A stretch of 64,000 nucleotides of DNA from an uncultured Candidatus Saccharibacteria bacterium (GCA_964643545.1 CAZXTE010000001.1:19101-83100), one strand, 5' to 3'. Positions 20,743 to 30,525 are shown, counted from the stretch's first letter. The notes: generated from the sequence alone by a model not told the origin. Numbers and translations are program-made.

Positions 20743-21944
20743 GATATACCGCTCTTATCCCATGTGCCAAACAGCTCCACCTTGCTTGCCGGATTGGTTG
20801 TAGTATTAGCGGCAACTACCGTGAACTTAAATCCATTGTAAATATGATCGTGTTCTTGGGTCATATCTTTACTAAACACAGCTACGGTAAGTTTGTACTC
20901 TCCTTCCAGGAACGGCACCCTAGGTATGACGTAGGAAGCCGTCTGATCCGTTTGAAGCTCGTAATTTATGCTATTTGGGCCAGATAGATTTACCCCTTCG
21001 GAATCTTCAAACATTAATCCAAGAATTATTTTCTGTTTTTCTTCAGACTTGAATGAAATCTTAACTTCTAATTCTTCGCCACTGGTAACTCGTTTTTTCT
21101 TAAGCGGTTTGCCATTGCTGTAGAATTCTAGTGAATCAACTTTTACCTTGCTGTCACCCCAGCGTCGAACCTTCTTTTCACTCTGTACTGTTTCGTCGCC
21201 ATAACTACTGGCATTAATTTCCTGGTATACGGCAGCAGCTTCACTTGGTGTATAAATGCCTAGAAGCTTACCGTTATCAATAACAGCAACTCTTTCGCAG
21301 TATTTTTTTATAGCCTGCATATCGTGCGAAACAAGCACGACCGTTCTATTCGATTTCTTGTATTCAGCAAAGACGCTGTTGCACTTTTTCTGGAAGGCCT
21401 CATCTCCAACGGCTAGCACTTCGTCCAGTACCAGTATATCGCTTTTAGCTCGAATGGCGATCGAAAAGGCCAGACGAACCTGCATTCCCGATGAGTAATT
21501 CTTAAGCTTCTGGTCCATAAATTTCTCTATTTCAGCAAAGTCAACAATATCCTGGTACATTAAGTTCATTTCTTTGCGCCCGAAACCCAATAGCGCACCG
21601 TTTAAAAAAACATTTTCGCGACCTGTAAGTTCTGGGTTGAAACCAACACCTAATTCTATGAAGGGAGTAAGCTTACCATTGACAGATATAGCCCCTGTAT
21701 CTGGAGCGTAGATCCCTGCTAACAACTTAAGCAATGTGCTCTTCCCACTTCCATTCCTGCCAACTATCCCAAAGAAATTTCCCTTTTTTATCTCAAATGA
21801 CACATTGTCTAGAACTTTTTGTCTTTCAAACGTCCGATTCCCCCTAAACAGACTTACGAACAAGCCCTTAACAGACCCCTGTTTTTCGTGGGGAAGTTTG
21901 AATGTTTTACTGACAGACTCAATCTTAATAGCAAGATCATCCAT
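20739..21944 (-). CDS. polysaccharide ABC exporter ATP-binding protein (Wzt/TagH-like) with C-terminal extension
   Basis: Walker A GRNGSGKST, the ABC signature SGMQVRLAF and Walker B ILVLDE are present. A ~150-aa C-terminal domain follows the NBD. Confidence 0.85.
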   Translation of the reverse strand: MDDLAIKIESVSKTFKLPHEKQGSVKGLFVSLFRGNRTFERQKVLDNVSFEIKKGNFFGIVGRNGSGKSTLLKLLAGIYAPDTGAISVNGKLTPFIELGVGFNPELTGRENVFLNGALLGFGRKEMNLMYQDIVDFAEIEKFMDQKLKNYSSGMQVRLAFSIAIRAKSDILVLDEVLAVGDEAFQKKCNSVFAEYKKSNRTVVLVSHDMQAIKKYCERVAVIDNGKLLGIYTPSEAAAVYQEINASSYGDETVQSEKKVRRWGDSKVKVDSLEFYSNGKPLKKKRVTSGEELEVKISFKSEEKQKIILGLMFEDSEGVNLSGPNSINYELQTDQTASYVIPRVPFLEGEYKLTVAVFSKDMTQEHDHIYNGFKFTVVAANTTTNPASKVELFGTWDKSGIS

Positions 21945-22744
21945 TACAGATCCTCGGCAAAGTTTTTTGCTTCTCTCTTAAAGTACAGGACGCCGAATAA
22001 TAATACAGTGAGTGTTATAGAATATGGTACCAGTCGCGACCATTGACTACCGTAGACATGACTAATTGTTAACGAACTATGCGAAACTGCAGCGTACCTC
22101 GCGTCCTGAACGGCAGTAGCGATTGGATTCACCATCAAGATTTTCTGATACAAGGGCTTCGTTATGATCGAGAGTGGATATAGTATGGGCGTTAGATAGA
22201 ACAACCCTTGAAGCGAAACCTCCCATAGGTGCGTAACGTCCCGATACTTTACAAAGGCCGTCGCAAGAATAAGAGATACTCCCAAGGCAAACAAGTAGAG
22301 CTGAACCAGCACTAATGGCAACAGCAAGATACTTCGCATAATATCAACGTGATTGAATAGCAAGAAAATAAACACAATAATAAGATTAAGCGCTAAGTTA
22401 ATCAGTGCGGTAACGCTACTCGAAAGAACTATTATCCATCTTGGGATACGGATCTTGCGAATTAAGTCACCTCTGGAAACAATACTACTAAGACTTATAC
22501 TTGTCATTTCTGCAAAAAAGTTCCATAGTACTATTCCTAATAATAGGTATATGGGGTAGTGTTCTATGCCCTTACCTATCTTTAAGAATTTTACAAAGAC
22601 GACATAGAGTATCAGGAACAGCAACAACGGGCGCAGAAGCGACCATGCGTAGCCGAGAACAGAGCCTTGATAGCGAAGCTTGAAGTCGGTTCTAACCAGT
22701 TCACCAAGAAGAGTCCTGTTCTGTTTTGAAAATATATGTTTCAT
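21944..22744 (-). CDS. ABC-2 type polysaccharide exporter permease (Wzm/TagG-like)
   Basis: 266 aa with six TM helices. It is translationally coupled to the ATPase by a 1-nt overlap. Confidence 0.8.
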   Translation of the reverse strand: MKHIFSKQNRTLLGELVRTDFKLRYQGSVLGYAWSLLRPLLLFLILYVVFVKFLKIGKGIEHYPIYLLLGIVLWNFFAEMTSISLSSIVSRGDLIRKIRIPRWIIVLSSSVTALINLALNLIIVFIFLLFNHVDIMRSILLLPLVLVQLYLFALGVSLILATAFVKYRDVTHLWEVSLQGLFYLTPILYPLSIITKPLYQKILMVNPIATAVQDARYAAVSHSSLTISHVYGSQWSRLVPYSITLTVLLFGVLYFKREAKNFAEDL

Positions 22745-22783
22745 GGGTTACCAGCCTTTTATTATAAGATAGGTACTAGAAAC

Positions 22784-23794
22784 ATGAAAAAGATATTTGT
22801 CGTAGTCCCAAACTGGAATGGTAAAGATGAGCTAAAGGCCTGTCTTGAGTCGCTTCACGCGCAGACTCAAAGCGCACAGATTTTGGTAGTAGAGAACGGC
22901 TCTAACGATGGCTCCCTAGAATATATCCAAGAGAACTTTAACAACGTGCAACTTGTCATAAATAAAACGAACCTGGGCTTTGCGGGTGGGGTAAATAGCG
23001 GCATTAGGGAAGCAATCGCTAGTGGAGCAGAATATATAGCCCTATTCAATAACGATGCAGTTGCAGATAAAGACTGGCTCAAGCATCTTCTTAAGTCCTT
23101 AGAACAAAACTCGGAAGTCGGAATCACCACCTGTAAACTGTTGAGTGCAGATAAGAAACTGATCGACAGCACGGGTGACCAATATACCACATGGGGACTA
23201 CCCTACCCCAGAGGAAGGGGTGAGATTACCTCCAATAGGTATGATTCCGACACGCATATATTTGGGGCTTCTGGTGGGGCAAGCTTGTACAGAACTAAGA
23301 TGTTTGAAGAAATAGGACTATTTGACGAGGATTTCTTTGCCTACTTTGAAGATGTAGACTTGAGTTTCCGCGCCCAACTTGCTGGCTGGAAAGTACTTTA
23401 CGCTCCCAAAGCTATTGTTTATCACAAAATAGGCGCAACAAGCGGCAAAATAAAGGGCTTTACCACGTATCAAACGTTCAAGAACTATCCATTATTATTC
23501 TGGAAGAACGTTCCCTTTCCGCTTATGTTTAAAATGCTCCCACGATTTACACTCGTTTACGTCAGCATATACATAAGTTCTCTCTTAAAAGGACGTGGTT
23601 TGCCTGCAACAAAAGGCCTTGTGCGCTCACTCACTTTATTACCGAAAAAGACTCTGGAGCGGCGACGCATCCAGAAAAGCCGAATGGTTTCTGCCGAGCA
23701 CATTAATGGCTTGCTCTTGCATGACTTGCCCCCCAATGCCGACAAACTAAGGAAGCTACGTTCTCGTTGGTGGAAAATTATCGGCAAACGGTAA
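22784..23794 (+). CDS. family 2 glycosyltransferase
   Basis: The internal start MKKIFVVVPNWNGKDEL is followed by VVENGSNDGS and a DxD-like DAVAD motif. The ORF-track start at 22736 adds 16 unlikely residues. Confidence 0.75.
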   Translation: MKKIFVVVPNWNGKDELKACLESLHAQTQSAQILVVENGSNDGSLEYIQENFNNVQLVINKTNLGFAGGVNSGIREAIASGAEYIALFNNDAVADKDWLKHLLKSLEQNSEVGITTCKLLSADKKLIDSTGDQYTTWGLPYPRGRGEITSNRYDSDTHIFGASGGASLYRTKMFEEIGLFDEDFFAYFEDVDLSFRAQLAGWKVLYAPKAIVYHKIGATSGKIKGFTTYQTFKNYPLLFWKNVPFPLMFKMLPRFTLVYVSIYISSLLKGRGLPATKGLVRSLTLLPKKTLERRRIQKSRMVSAEHINGLLLHDLPPNADKLRKLRSRWWKIIGKR

Positions 23795-23818
23795 ACTTTT
23801 GGTACAGTTTTAGACCAG

Positions 23819-24226
23819 TTATATATTAAAGGTCTTCTTGGTCTTGTATGGTTCTAGCTCTAACGAGTCCTGAATTTCAGTATATACAAACGGCATCTCT
23901 TCTCGGGCGAGCGCCTGCATTGTTTTATCAATCATTTCGTATAATTTTGACGTTGGCACATCTTTTAGATCTCGTTTTTCAACTTCTTCTAGCAACTTCT
24001 CAAGTCTCTTGCCAAGAACCTTGATTCGATGTTGTTTACCAATCTTGTATTGTTCTTGCAAATTGTCTAAATACAGACCCTGTTGGTTCTGGATCTCATT
24101 TTCATATTGTTTTGCCCAATTAAACAAAGTTGTCTTACTGACGTCGAGTTTCTTTGCAATATTTGCATAGCTTTCATTGCTCGCACGTAACTCAATAAAT
24201 TTCTCATGTTTCTCTGGCTTACTCAT
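23819..24226 (-). CDS. small helix-turn-helix protein (possible transposase-N-terminal-like or regulator)
   Basis: About 135 aa. The N-terminal HTH ESYANIAKKLDVSKTTLFNWAKQY resembles the IS630/IS3 OrfA HTH, but no DDE domain follows. The C-terminal half is coiled-coil. Confidence 0.4.
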   Translation of the reverse strand: MSKPEKHEKFIELRASNESYANIAKKLDVSKTTLFNWAKQYENEIQNQQGLYLDNLQEQYKIGKQHRIKVLGKRLEKLLEEVEKRDLKDVPTSKLYEMIDKTMQALAREEMPFVYTEIQDSLELEPYKTKKTFNI

Positions 24227-24295
24227 CAACACTCCCCTTGCAATTTTCCTGTTCCGGTATTATACCACCCCTTACCGCCAGGGGTCACTCACGCA

Positions 24296-25618
24296 CTACT
24301 TCTTAGGCGAGAGTCTGGGTAGTATTTGAGCGCTCAATACCATACCCGTAAGCAGCCACCACTGTGTAGTCACCGCCTCGTTACTCCATACATGGTTGAG
24401 GAGTCCAACAATGATGTACCCCCAGAAACTCGCCTGGAGCGCTCTTTGCAAAACGAACATGTCTTGATTCTTTGTAAGCGTTTTCCTGAAAGACAGATTG
24501 TAGATAAGTAGGGCAAGTAGACCAAGAAAGAGCAGCAACCCCACCACTCCGACCTCGTACCCTATTTGTAGAAAGTAGTTTTCGGTCAATTGCCCGCCAT
24601 TAGTATTACGGATCGATACAATGCCAGCGGTCCCTGGACCATGACCCTGAGGCTCATGAATGATCCCATCTATGGCTTGGCGCTGAAAAGAAACACGCAG
24701 CTCGTTAGGATCAGCCTGGTTGGTGCTCTGGTCACTGTGCAAGAGTAGGTTTTGAGTGACGTAACTATCACGCGTCATCACTGCAACACCACAGAACAAC
24801 AGGACCACGGCGATAAGTACATACTTAAACCGGCCAGCCAGTGCTCGCAACACGCTGCCATAGGTGAGAACAACCGCCAGAACTACAGATAGAACAGCAC
24901 CAATCCACGCGCTACGAGAAAAAGTGAGCAGCAACGCCAACCCTTGCAACCCCAGTAAACCCAACAAGATTAGTCGCTTTTTCGCCTTCAGCACCATGAG
25001 CACCAACATAGTCATAGGAATCATGAGGTACGCACCTAGTGAATTTGGGTCACGAAGAGTGGACATAATACGAGGGAAGTCGGGCTTGTCGTCGATGAAA
25101 AACGCGGGTTTGACCCCCCGAGCGACACTATAGCCAAAGTGCGTCATTACATCTTTTGGCAGGAAGTACTGCAATACTCCAAGAACCGCCACTACCGAAC
25201 TAACAATCAATACTAATCGAATCAAAAAACGCTGTTTCTCTTTGTCTAGCCGCGCACCGGCAACTATGCCAATCAGCAATAGGGCCAAGGGCCGCGTGTT
25301 ATAGGCAGTCGCTTCCAGAGCGACTTGAGAGTATCCTTGAGAGCCAAGGAGCATAAGCAACACATGGGTCGTTACATAAAGCCCGGAAAGGACCGTCAGA
25401 ATGCGAAATAATCTATTACTAAACAACCCCCGCCGATATGCAAGACCCAGAAATATCGGGACTGATAGCATCAAAACAACATCTTTGCCTGCCTTCCACG
25501 CCGACAAGCCCCCGGTGTAGGTGCTTAACCAAATCGACAAGAAGATATGAAGGGGCATATACGTAAGATATGCGTACGCAAACCAGCGCGGGAACCAAGA
25601 CAGCTGCTGTTTGTTCAT
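24296..25618 (-). CDS. O-antigen ligase/polymerase (Wzy_C)-like membrane protein
   Basis: 440 aa with about 10-12 TM helices and one larger external loop. This is typical WaaL/Wzy-family topology, and the gene sits in the glycan locus. Confidence 0.6.
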   Translation of the reverse strand: MNKQQLSWFPRWFAYAYLTYMPLHIFLSIWLSTYTGGLSAWKAGKDVVLMLSVPIFLGLAYRRGLFSNRLFRILTVLSGLYVTTHVLLMLLGSQGYSQVALEATAYNTRPLALLLIGIVAGARLDKEKQRFLIRLVLIVSSVVAVLGVLQYFLPKDVMTHFGYSVARGVKPAFFIDDKPDFPRIMSTLRDPNSLGAYLMIPMTMLVLMVLKAKKRLILLGLLGLQGLALLLTFSRSAWIGAVLSVVLAVVLTYGSVLRALAGRFKYVLIAVVLLFCGVAVMTRDSYVTQNLLLHSDQSTNQADPNELRVSFQRQAIDGIIHEPQGHGPGTAGIVSIRNTNGGQLTENYFLQIGYEVGVVGLLLFLGLLALLIYNLSFRKTLTKNQDMFVLQRALQASFWGYIIVGLLNHVWSNEAVTTQWWLLTGMVLSAQILPRLSPKK

Positions 25619-25644
25619 TGTGTTTTATTGTATAGACTAATAGG

Positions 25645-26757
25645 ATGAAGAACCAGAAAAAACACATTGTTATTGATGCCCGCATTCGGCCCAGCAGCAC
25701 CGGCCGATATATTGACCGAGTACTCGAGCATCTCCAGACAATAGACACACATAATAAATACACAGTGCTCTTAAGCAAAGGGGACGAATGGAAACCCAAA
25801 GCAAAGAACTTTTCTGCGCAGACGTGCCGATTCAGGTCTTTTTCCTTTAACCCAATTGACCAACTCCTTTTCTCGCGTCAACTATATAAACTCAAGGCAG
25901 ATCTTGTACATTTTGCGATGACTGGATACCAACCATTGTTCTACTTTGGCAACCAAGTAACTACAACAAATGATCTGACAATGTTTAAGTTTACTCGACG
26001 TGGCAGACTACCGATGTGGGCGCACCGTCTGAGAATGTGGGGCTACCATCTACTGATCTGGCAGGCGCATAAAAAAGCAAAGTACATCTTAACCTTCAGT
26101 GAGTATACTCGAGATGCAGTGGCAAAATTCCATACTTTCACAAGTAGAAAAATAGTAATCACCCCCCTAGCAACTGAGCCGCCACTAACCGAAAAATCTA
26201 TGCCTGTTGAGGAAGTAGAAGGTCGTTATATTATGTACACCGGTAGCTCTTTCCCGCATAAAAATTTGAAGCGTTTGGTCAAGGCCTTTGCAAGAGTTAG
26301 CGAAGGTGACCCAAGCCTGCACTTAGTATTAGTGGGCAAGAAAGAATATCATTCAAATCAACTACAGAAATGGGTGAAAGAAAAAGGCATAACTAACGTC
26401 ATCTTTACAGGATTTGTAAGCGATGGTGAGTTAAAGTGGCTATACGAAAACACACTGGCTTATGTCTTCCCTTCTCTTAGTGAGGGCTTTGGTCTTCCTA
26501 GTCTTGAAGCAATGGCTCATGGCGCACCTGTCGCTAGTAGCAATGCATCCTGTCTGCCCGAGGTGAATGGTGAAGCTGCACAGTACTTCGACCCACTAGA
26601 TATTGAAAGCATGGCTCAAGTAATAAAAAGGGTTGTGGGCAGTAGCAGTTTACGCCAAAAACTAGTGACGGCTGGTTATCGACAAGTAAAAAAATACTCA
26701 TGGAAACGAACGGCGCAACAAACTTTAGAGGCCTACAAAAAAGTTCTAGAAAAATAG
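25645..26757 (+). CDS. family 1 (GT4) glycosyltransferase
   Basis: The C-terminal EGFGLPSLEAMAHGAPV motif is the GT4 E-x7-E signature. Confidence 0.85.
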   Translation: MKNQKKHIVIDARIRPSSTGRYIDRVLEHLQTIDTHNKYTVLLSKGDEWKPKAKNFSAQTCRFRSFSFNPIDQLLFSRQLYKLKADLVHFAMTGYQPLFYFGNQVTTTNDLTMFKFTRRGRLPMWAHRLRMWGYHLLIWQAHKKAKYILTFSEYTRDAVAKFHTFTSRKIVITPLATEPPLTEKSMPVEEVEGRYIMYTGSSFPHKNLKRLVKAFARVSEGDPSLHLVLVGKKEYHSNQLQKWVKEKGITNVIFTGFVSDGELKWLYENTLAYVFPSLSEGFGLPSLEAMAHGAPVASSNASCLPEVNGEAAQYFDPLDIESMAQVIKRVVGSSSLRQKLVTAGYRQVKKYSWKRTAQQTLEAYKKVLEK

Positions 26758-26875
26758 TTGTTGCTTTTATTACTGCTTTTTCTTTGATCTGTTCCGTGGC
26801 AATTTTTAAGCACGACAATTTTTCTTTTTAGGACTCTGCTACTACGCTTTCTTTACTAAATGTAGAGGGTACATT

Positions 26876-28363
26876 TTGAAAAGTTCTTTTTTGAAGGTGC
26901 GCGTATCGAAAAGTCTGTTCATTGTTATTTCTAGCTCAATTATTTTATCAATCCTGGTTCAACCGCTTATAGCTCTAAAAACCTCTGCGCTGGGCACCTA
27001 CCCTAACGCTTCTATTGCAAACCGAGCCCTCGGCTATACGGGCCAATGGGGCGGTAACGCCTGCAAAGATGTTGGTAGGAGTGGATATACTGGTGGTTAC
27101 CCTGGCGGTCAAACCTACGATGGTCAGTGCCGGGCGTTTGTTAACTGTGTGGTTTGGTCCGTTAGTAATCGTACGCAGTGGTTGGGTGGCGGAGACTACT
27201 TTAGCCCACTCGCAGCCAATGGTCATGAAATCAAAGATATTAATGGTTTAGTAAAAGGTGATGTCATCCAGGTCGGGCAAGGCACGCACACATTCATAAT
27301 TGTTGGTCGTACGGGCGGCAATATATTCAGAGTAGTGGACTCGAACAGCAGGCTAGATGAGGTGGTCCGAACATATGACCGTAAAGTCACCCTCGACAAT
27401 ACAAATCGTGCGTTTCGATTAGGTCTGGCTGATGGGCCTCAACCAACTGTGAACGGAGGGGTCGGGACAAGATTGCTCGGTGATGTAAATGGAGATGGGC
27501 TAGACGATGCGATCGTTATGTTTAAAGACACAGGGACAGCAATGGTCGCTCTTTCGCAAGGCAGCAGCTTCTCTAACCCTTCCGCCTGGAGTTATGGCCA
27601 TTCCATGAACGCAAGTAATTACTTTTTGGCCGATGTAAATGGCGATAAAAAGAAGGACTTGGTCGGATTCTTCGCCCAGGACGGGCGCTGGAAAGTTAGC
27701 CTATCTTCTGGGACCGGGTTTTGGTCACCCGTAGAGTGGGCGTATGGGCAGGGTGTTGGTACGAGTAATCAATGGTTAATGGATGCAAATGGTGACGCGA
27801 AGGCCGACATCATAACTCTAGATAAACAAAACGGCGACTGGTATGTAAGCAGCTCATCCGGGAGTGGGTTCTGGCCACCAAAGCGCTGGATTAGTGGCCA
27901 TGGAGTCGGAAGTGACGATCAAGCAGCAGGAGATTTTAACGGGGACGGCAGAGCTGATGTTGCCATTTGGCTTCGGGATGGCTCGTGGTATGTAGCCCTA
28001 TCTACGGGCAGCACGTTCGGCTATCCTGGCCACTGGTCTGCCGGGCAAGGATTAAATAGCAGCCAACGCCTCGTTGGGGATGCAAACGGCGATGGCAGAG
28101 CTGACACAGCATACTTCTACGCCGATACGGGCAGGTGGTACGTATCTACCTCTTCTGGTTCAGGGTTCTGGACACCAACGGAGTGGGCGTATGGGCAGGG
28201 CGTAGGGACCACGGAGCGTTTCTTGGGCACGACCACAAAAGATTCGCTAGCTGACATGGTTACATTTGACAGAAACACGGGAGATTGGTGGGTTAGTGTA
28301 TCGTCTGGATCAGGCTTTTGGCCACCTTCTCGTTGGATCAGTGGTCACGGTAAGGCTTCTTAG
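26876..28363 (+). CDS. secreted CHAP-like amidase/peptidase fused to an FG-GAP (integrin-alpha-like) beta-propeller
   Basis: It has a signal peptide. The N-terminal Cys...His pair (GQCRAFVNCVVW ... GTHTFIIVG) is CHAP-like. Six or more repeats follow with DVNGDG.DD/DANGDGRAD Ca-binding-like FG-GAP motifs. Confidence 0.65.
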   Translation: MKSSFLKVRVSKSLFIVISSSIILSILVQPLIALKTSALGTYPNASIANRALGYTGQWGGNACKDVGRSGYTGGYPGGQTYDGQCRAFVNCVVWSVSNRTQWLGGGDYFSPLAANGHEIKDINGLVKGDVIQVGQGTHTFIIVGRTGGNIFRVVDSNSRLDEVVRTYDRKVTLDNTNRAFRLGLADGPQPTVNGGVGTRLLGDVNGDGLDDAIVMFKDTGTAMVALSQGSSFSNPSAWSYGHSMNASNYFLADVNGDKKKDLVGFFAQDGRWKVSLSSGTGFWSPVEWAYGQGVGTSNQWLMDANGDAKADIITLDKQNGDWYVSSSSGSGFWPPKRWISGHGVGSDDQAAGDFNGDGRADVAIWLRDGSWYVALSTGSTFGYPGHWSAGQGLNSSQRLVGDANGDGRADTAYFYADTGRWYVSTSSGSGFWTPTEWAYGQGVGTTERFLGTTTKDSLADMVTFDRNTGDWWVSVSSGSGFWPPSRWISGHGKAS

Positions 28364-28821
28364 TCTTTGGTTACGGCCTTGAGGACAATGTGGCGGTCTC
28401 GGCCTTCGCCTACTGACTCGGTCTCTAGACCGCTCTCGCCCGCTAGTTTATGTATGGTGCGGCGATCAGCGGCATTCATGGGTTCGAGCGGCATGTCTTT
28501 GCCACTTTCTTTTACGGCAGCAACCCATTCTTCTGCCTTTTGCGACAGACGGTCTGCTCGAGCCTTCTTGTAGTCGGCAACGTCGACACTGACGCGAGAT
28601 ATTTCGTAATCGTTGTTCTTGAGTGCGCTACTCACCATGTACTGGATGGCACGGATGGTGTCGCCATGGCTACCGATAAGAAAGCCGTTGAGGTGCGAGC
28701 TAGGAACATGAAGTTCGATAACCTCATCTTCGCTATTGGTGGCATAAATATCGGTGTTTAAACCAAAAAAAGACAGTAGGTCTTCTAGGTACTTCTTGGC
28801 ATATAAAATTGATTCTTCCAC
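28360..28821 (-). CDS. jag: Jag/KhpB RNA-binding protein (KH + R3H)
   Basis: The KH-like motif IGSHGDTIRAIQY and the R3H motif ADRRTIHKLAGE...RHIVL are present. It is linked to yidC in the conserved order. Confidence 0.8.
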   Translation of the reverse strand: MEESILYAKKYLEDLLSFFGLNTDIYATNSEDEVIELHVPSSHLNGFLIGSHGDTIRAIQYMVSSALKNNDYEISRVSVDVADYKKARADRLSQKAEEWVAAVKESGKDMPLEPMNAADRRTIHKLAGESGLETESVGEGRDRHIVLKAVTKD

Positions 28822-29741
28822 TACCGTTTCCTCCGTTTACTTTTTGATTTGGCGGTTTGCTTCTTTTTGTTTTTAGGAGGAAGAACTTCTGCTTCGATTA
28901 CCACTTTCGATTTCTTGTCGGTCGCTGTCGTCAGTTCGGTCTTGTCCCGGCCAAGCACCCTGTCCTGCTGCCAATACGCAACCAGGCCACTGGCAAGCCA
29001 GTACAACGACAGTGCTGATGCTATGTTGACGGTAACGATAAAGATAAAACCAGGCAATAAGAAGCGTGTGCTGCGCCCAACGGCTGCATTGACTTCGGTT
29101 TGGTCAGCCTGCTTGCCACCACCGGCGTCTTTGAGGATGCTACGCAGACTACGCTTGTCTTTGGTGTCTGGTGCAAGCTGTTTGGCTTGGAAGTACTGGA
29201 CCACTGCGCTACCGGCAACAATGGCCATGGCAGGCCAATAGATAGCACCGGCTTTATCAAGGGCGGCCCTGGAAAGGTCAACAACCCCAAAGAGCGTACT
29301 GTCGAAGCGCCCAATATCCGCTGCCAGCGTCTTAACCCAGCTTAGATCCCGTATAAACGGATAGGAAAAGTTAACGATTGCGTGCGGGTCGTCCACAATG
29401 CGCCGCAACCCGCTATACAGACCAATGAAGATTGGGATCTGTACAATGAGCAGACCAATACTGGCGAAGGGATTAATCTCGCGCTCTTTGTAGAGCTCCA
29501 TCATCATGACAGATTCTTTTTGACGATCACCCTTTGCTGCGGCCTTGATCTTCTTAAGCTCTGGCTGCAGTTCTCGCATAGCTTTCGCTTGGTGTAGCTG
29601 CTTCTTGACGAGTGGCCACATAAGCAAGCGAACAAGTATGGTGAAGAGAATGATGCTCAGACCAAAATTATGACCTGGCAACAGAGCATAGATAAGGACT
29701 AGTAAGTTAAATATCGGCTTAACAATGAGCGCTGTAAACAT
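28821..29741 (-). CDS. yidC: membrane protein insertase YidC/Oxa1 (short form)
   Basis: 306 aa with five TM helices and a conserved YidC core. It has a Lys/Arg-rich C-terminal tail (KKKQTAKSKSKRRKR), as in Gram-positive-type YidC. It sits in the rnpA-yidC-jag synteny. Confidence 0.85.
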   Translation of the reverse strand: MFTALIVKPIFNLLVLIYALLPGHNFGLSIILFTILVRLLMWPLVKKQLHQAKAMRELQPELKKIKAAAKGDRQKESVMMMELYKEREINPFASIGLLIVQIPIFIGLYSGLRRIVDDPHAIVNFSYPFIRDLSWVKTLAADIGRFDSTLFGVVDLSRAALDKAGAIYWPAMAIVAGSAVVQYFQAKQLAPDTKDKRSLRSILKDAGGGKQADQTEVNAAVGRSTRFLLPGFIFIVTVNIASALSLYWLASGLVAYWQQDRVLGRDKTELTTATDKKSKVVIEAEVLPPKNKKKQTAKSKSKRRKR

Positions 29742-29755
29742 CGTTTCTCCTTTGG

Positions 29756-30130
29756 TTATATAGTATCACGGGTCTTGTCTTCAACCTTGACCGCGATGTT
29801 GGTTTTCTTAAGTAGCGCGCGCAGCTGTTCTTGCAGTTGGTCTATCGGAATAGTGGCGGTGCTTTCGTGAAAGACCGTCAGCACGATATCCATAGGCTGA
29901 TCGGGCAGAATTATAGTACGGATAAGTTCGTATAGCCGGCGACGCATCCGATTGCGCTTTACGGCTGACTTGCTGACTTTCTTGCTGACGACCACGGCAC
30001 AGCGCATGTCCGTACGCCGTTGGTTTTGGCCATACTTTAATCCAAATAGGTCACTCCGTACCGTTTGGCCAGTCTTATAGACATAGCGAAGGCTATTGTG
30101 ACCATGGAAGCGATTTGCTCGCCGAAGCAT
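29756..30130 (-). CDS. rnpA: ribonuclease P protein component
   Basis: 124 aa, basic, with the RNR motif region KRNRMRRRL. It lies immediately downstream of rpmH. Confidence 0.85.
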   Translation of the reverse strand: MLRRANRFHGHNSLRYVYKTGQTVRSDLFGLKYGQNQRRTDMRCAVVVSKKVSKSAVKRNRMRRRLYELIRTIILPDQPMDIVLTVFHESTATIPIDQLQEQLRALLKKTNIAVKVEDKTRDTI

Positions 30131-30149
30131 ACGGCTTAAGACCTTCTAT

Positions 30150-30287
30150 CTAGTGCGTTAGACGCACGCGACCTTTGATACGTCGGCTTTTTAGAACTCG
30201 ACGACCGGCTTTACTGGCCATTCGTTTTAGGAATCCGTGCTCGCGTGCGCGGTGGCGTTTTTTTGGTTGGTAGGTTCGTTTTGGCAT
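30150..30287 (-). CDS. rpmH: 50S ribosomal protein L34
   Basis: [40 protein letters not shown] is near-consensus L34. The ORF-track N-terminal extension (start at 30371) is not part of L34. Confidence 0.9.
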   Translation of the reverse strand: MPKRTYQPKKRHRAREHGFLKRMASKAGRRVLKSRRIKGRVRLTH

Positions 30288-30525
30288 GTGTGCTCCTGTT
30301 GTCGTTTTTAGTAACGTGAAATTAACAATGTTTACCCCACAAATTCTAGCAAGTTTTCCACTGGTCGCCAACTACTTTCCACAGATTTCAAGATGGAGCA
30401 TTGCCCTGTGTACAAATATTCATCTGTTAGGCGCAATTCATTTAGAAATCACCTTTCGCAATTGTTTTCTTGTGGAAAACTTTTCTTCAATCCTCTAGAA
30501 TACGACTACGAAACCAAAGGAGAGG
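30288..30525. promoter_or_regulatory. rpmH-dnaA intergenic region with DnaA-box-like 9-mers
   Basis: TTTCCACAG at 30376-30384 and TGTGGAAAA at 30471-30479 each match the TTATCCACA consensus, or its reverse complement, at 7-8 of 9 positions. The region is AT-rich and carries divergent promoters. Confidence 0.45.
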
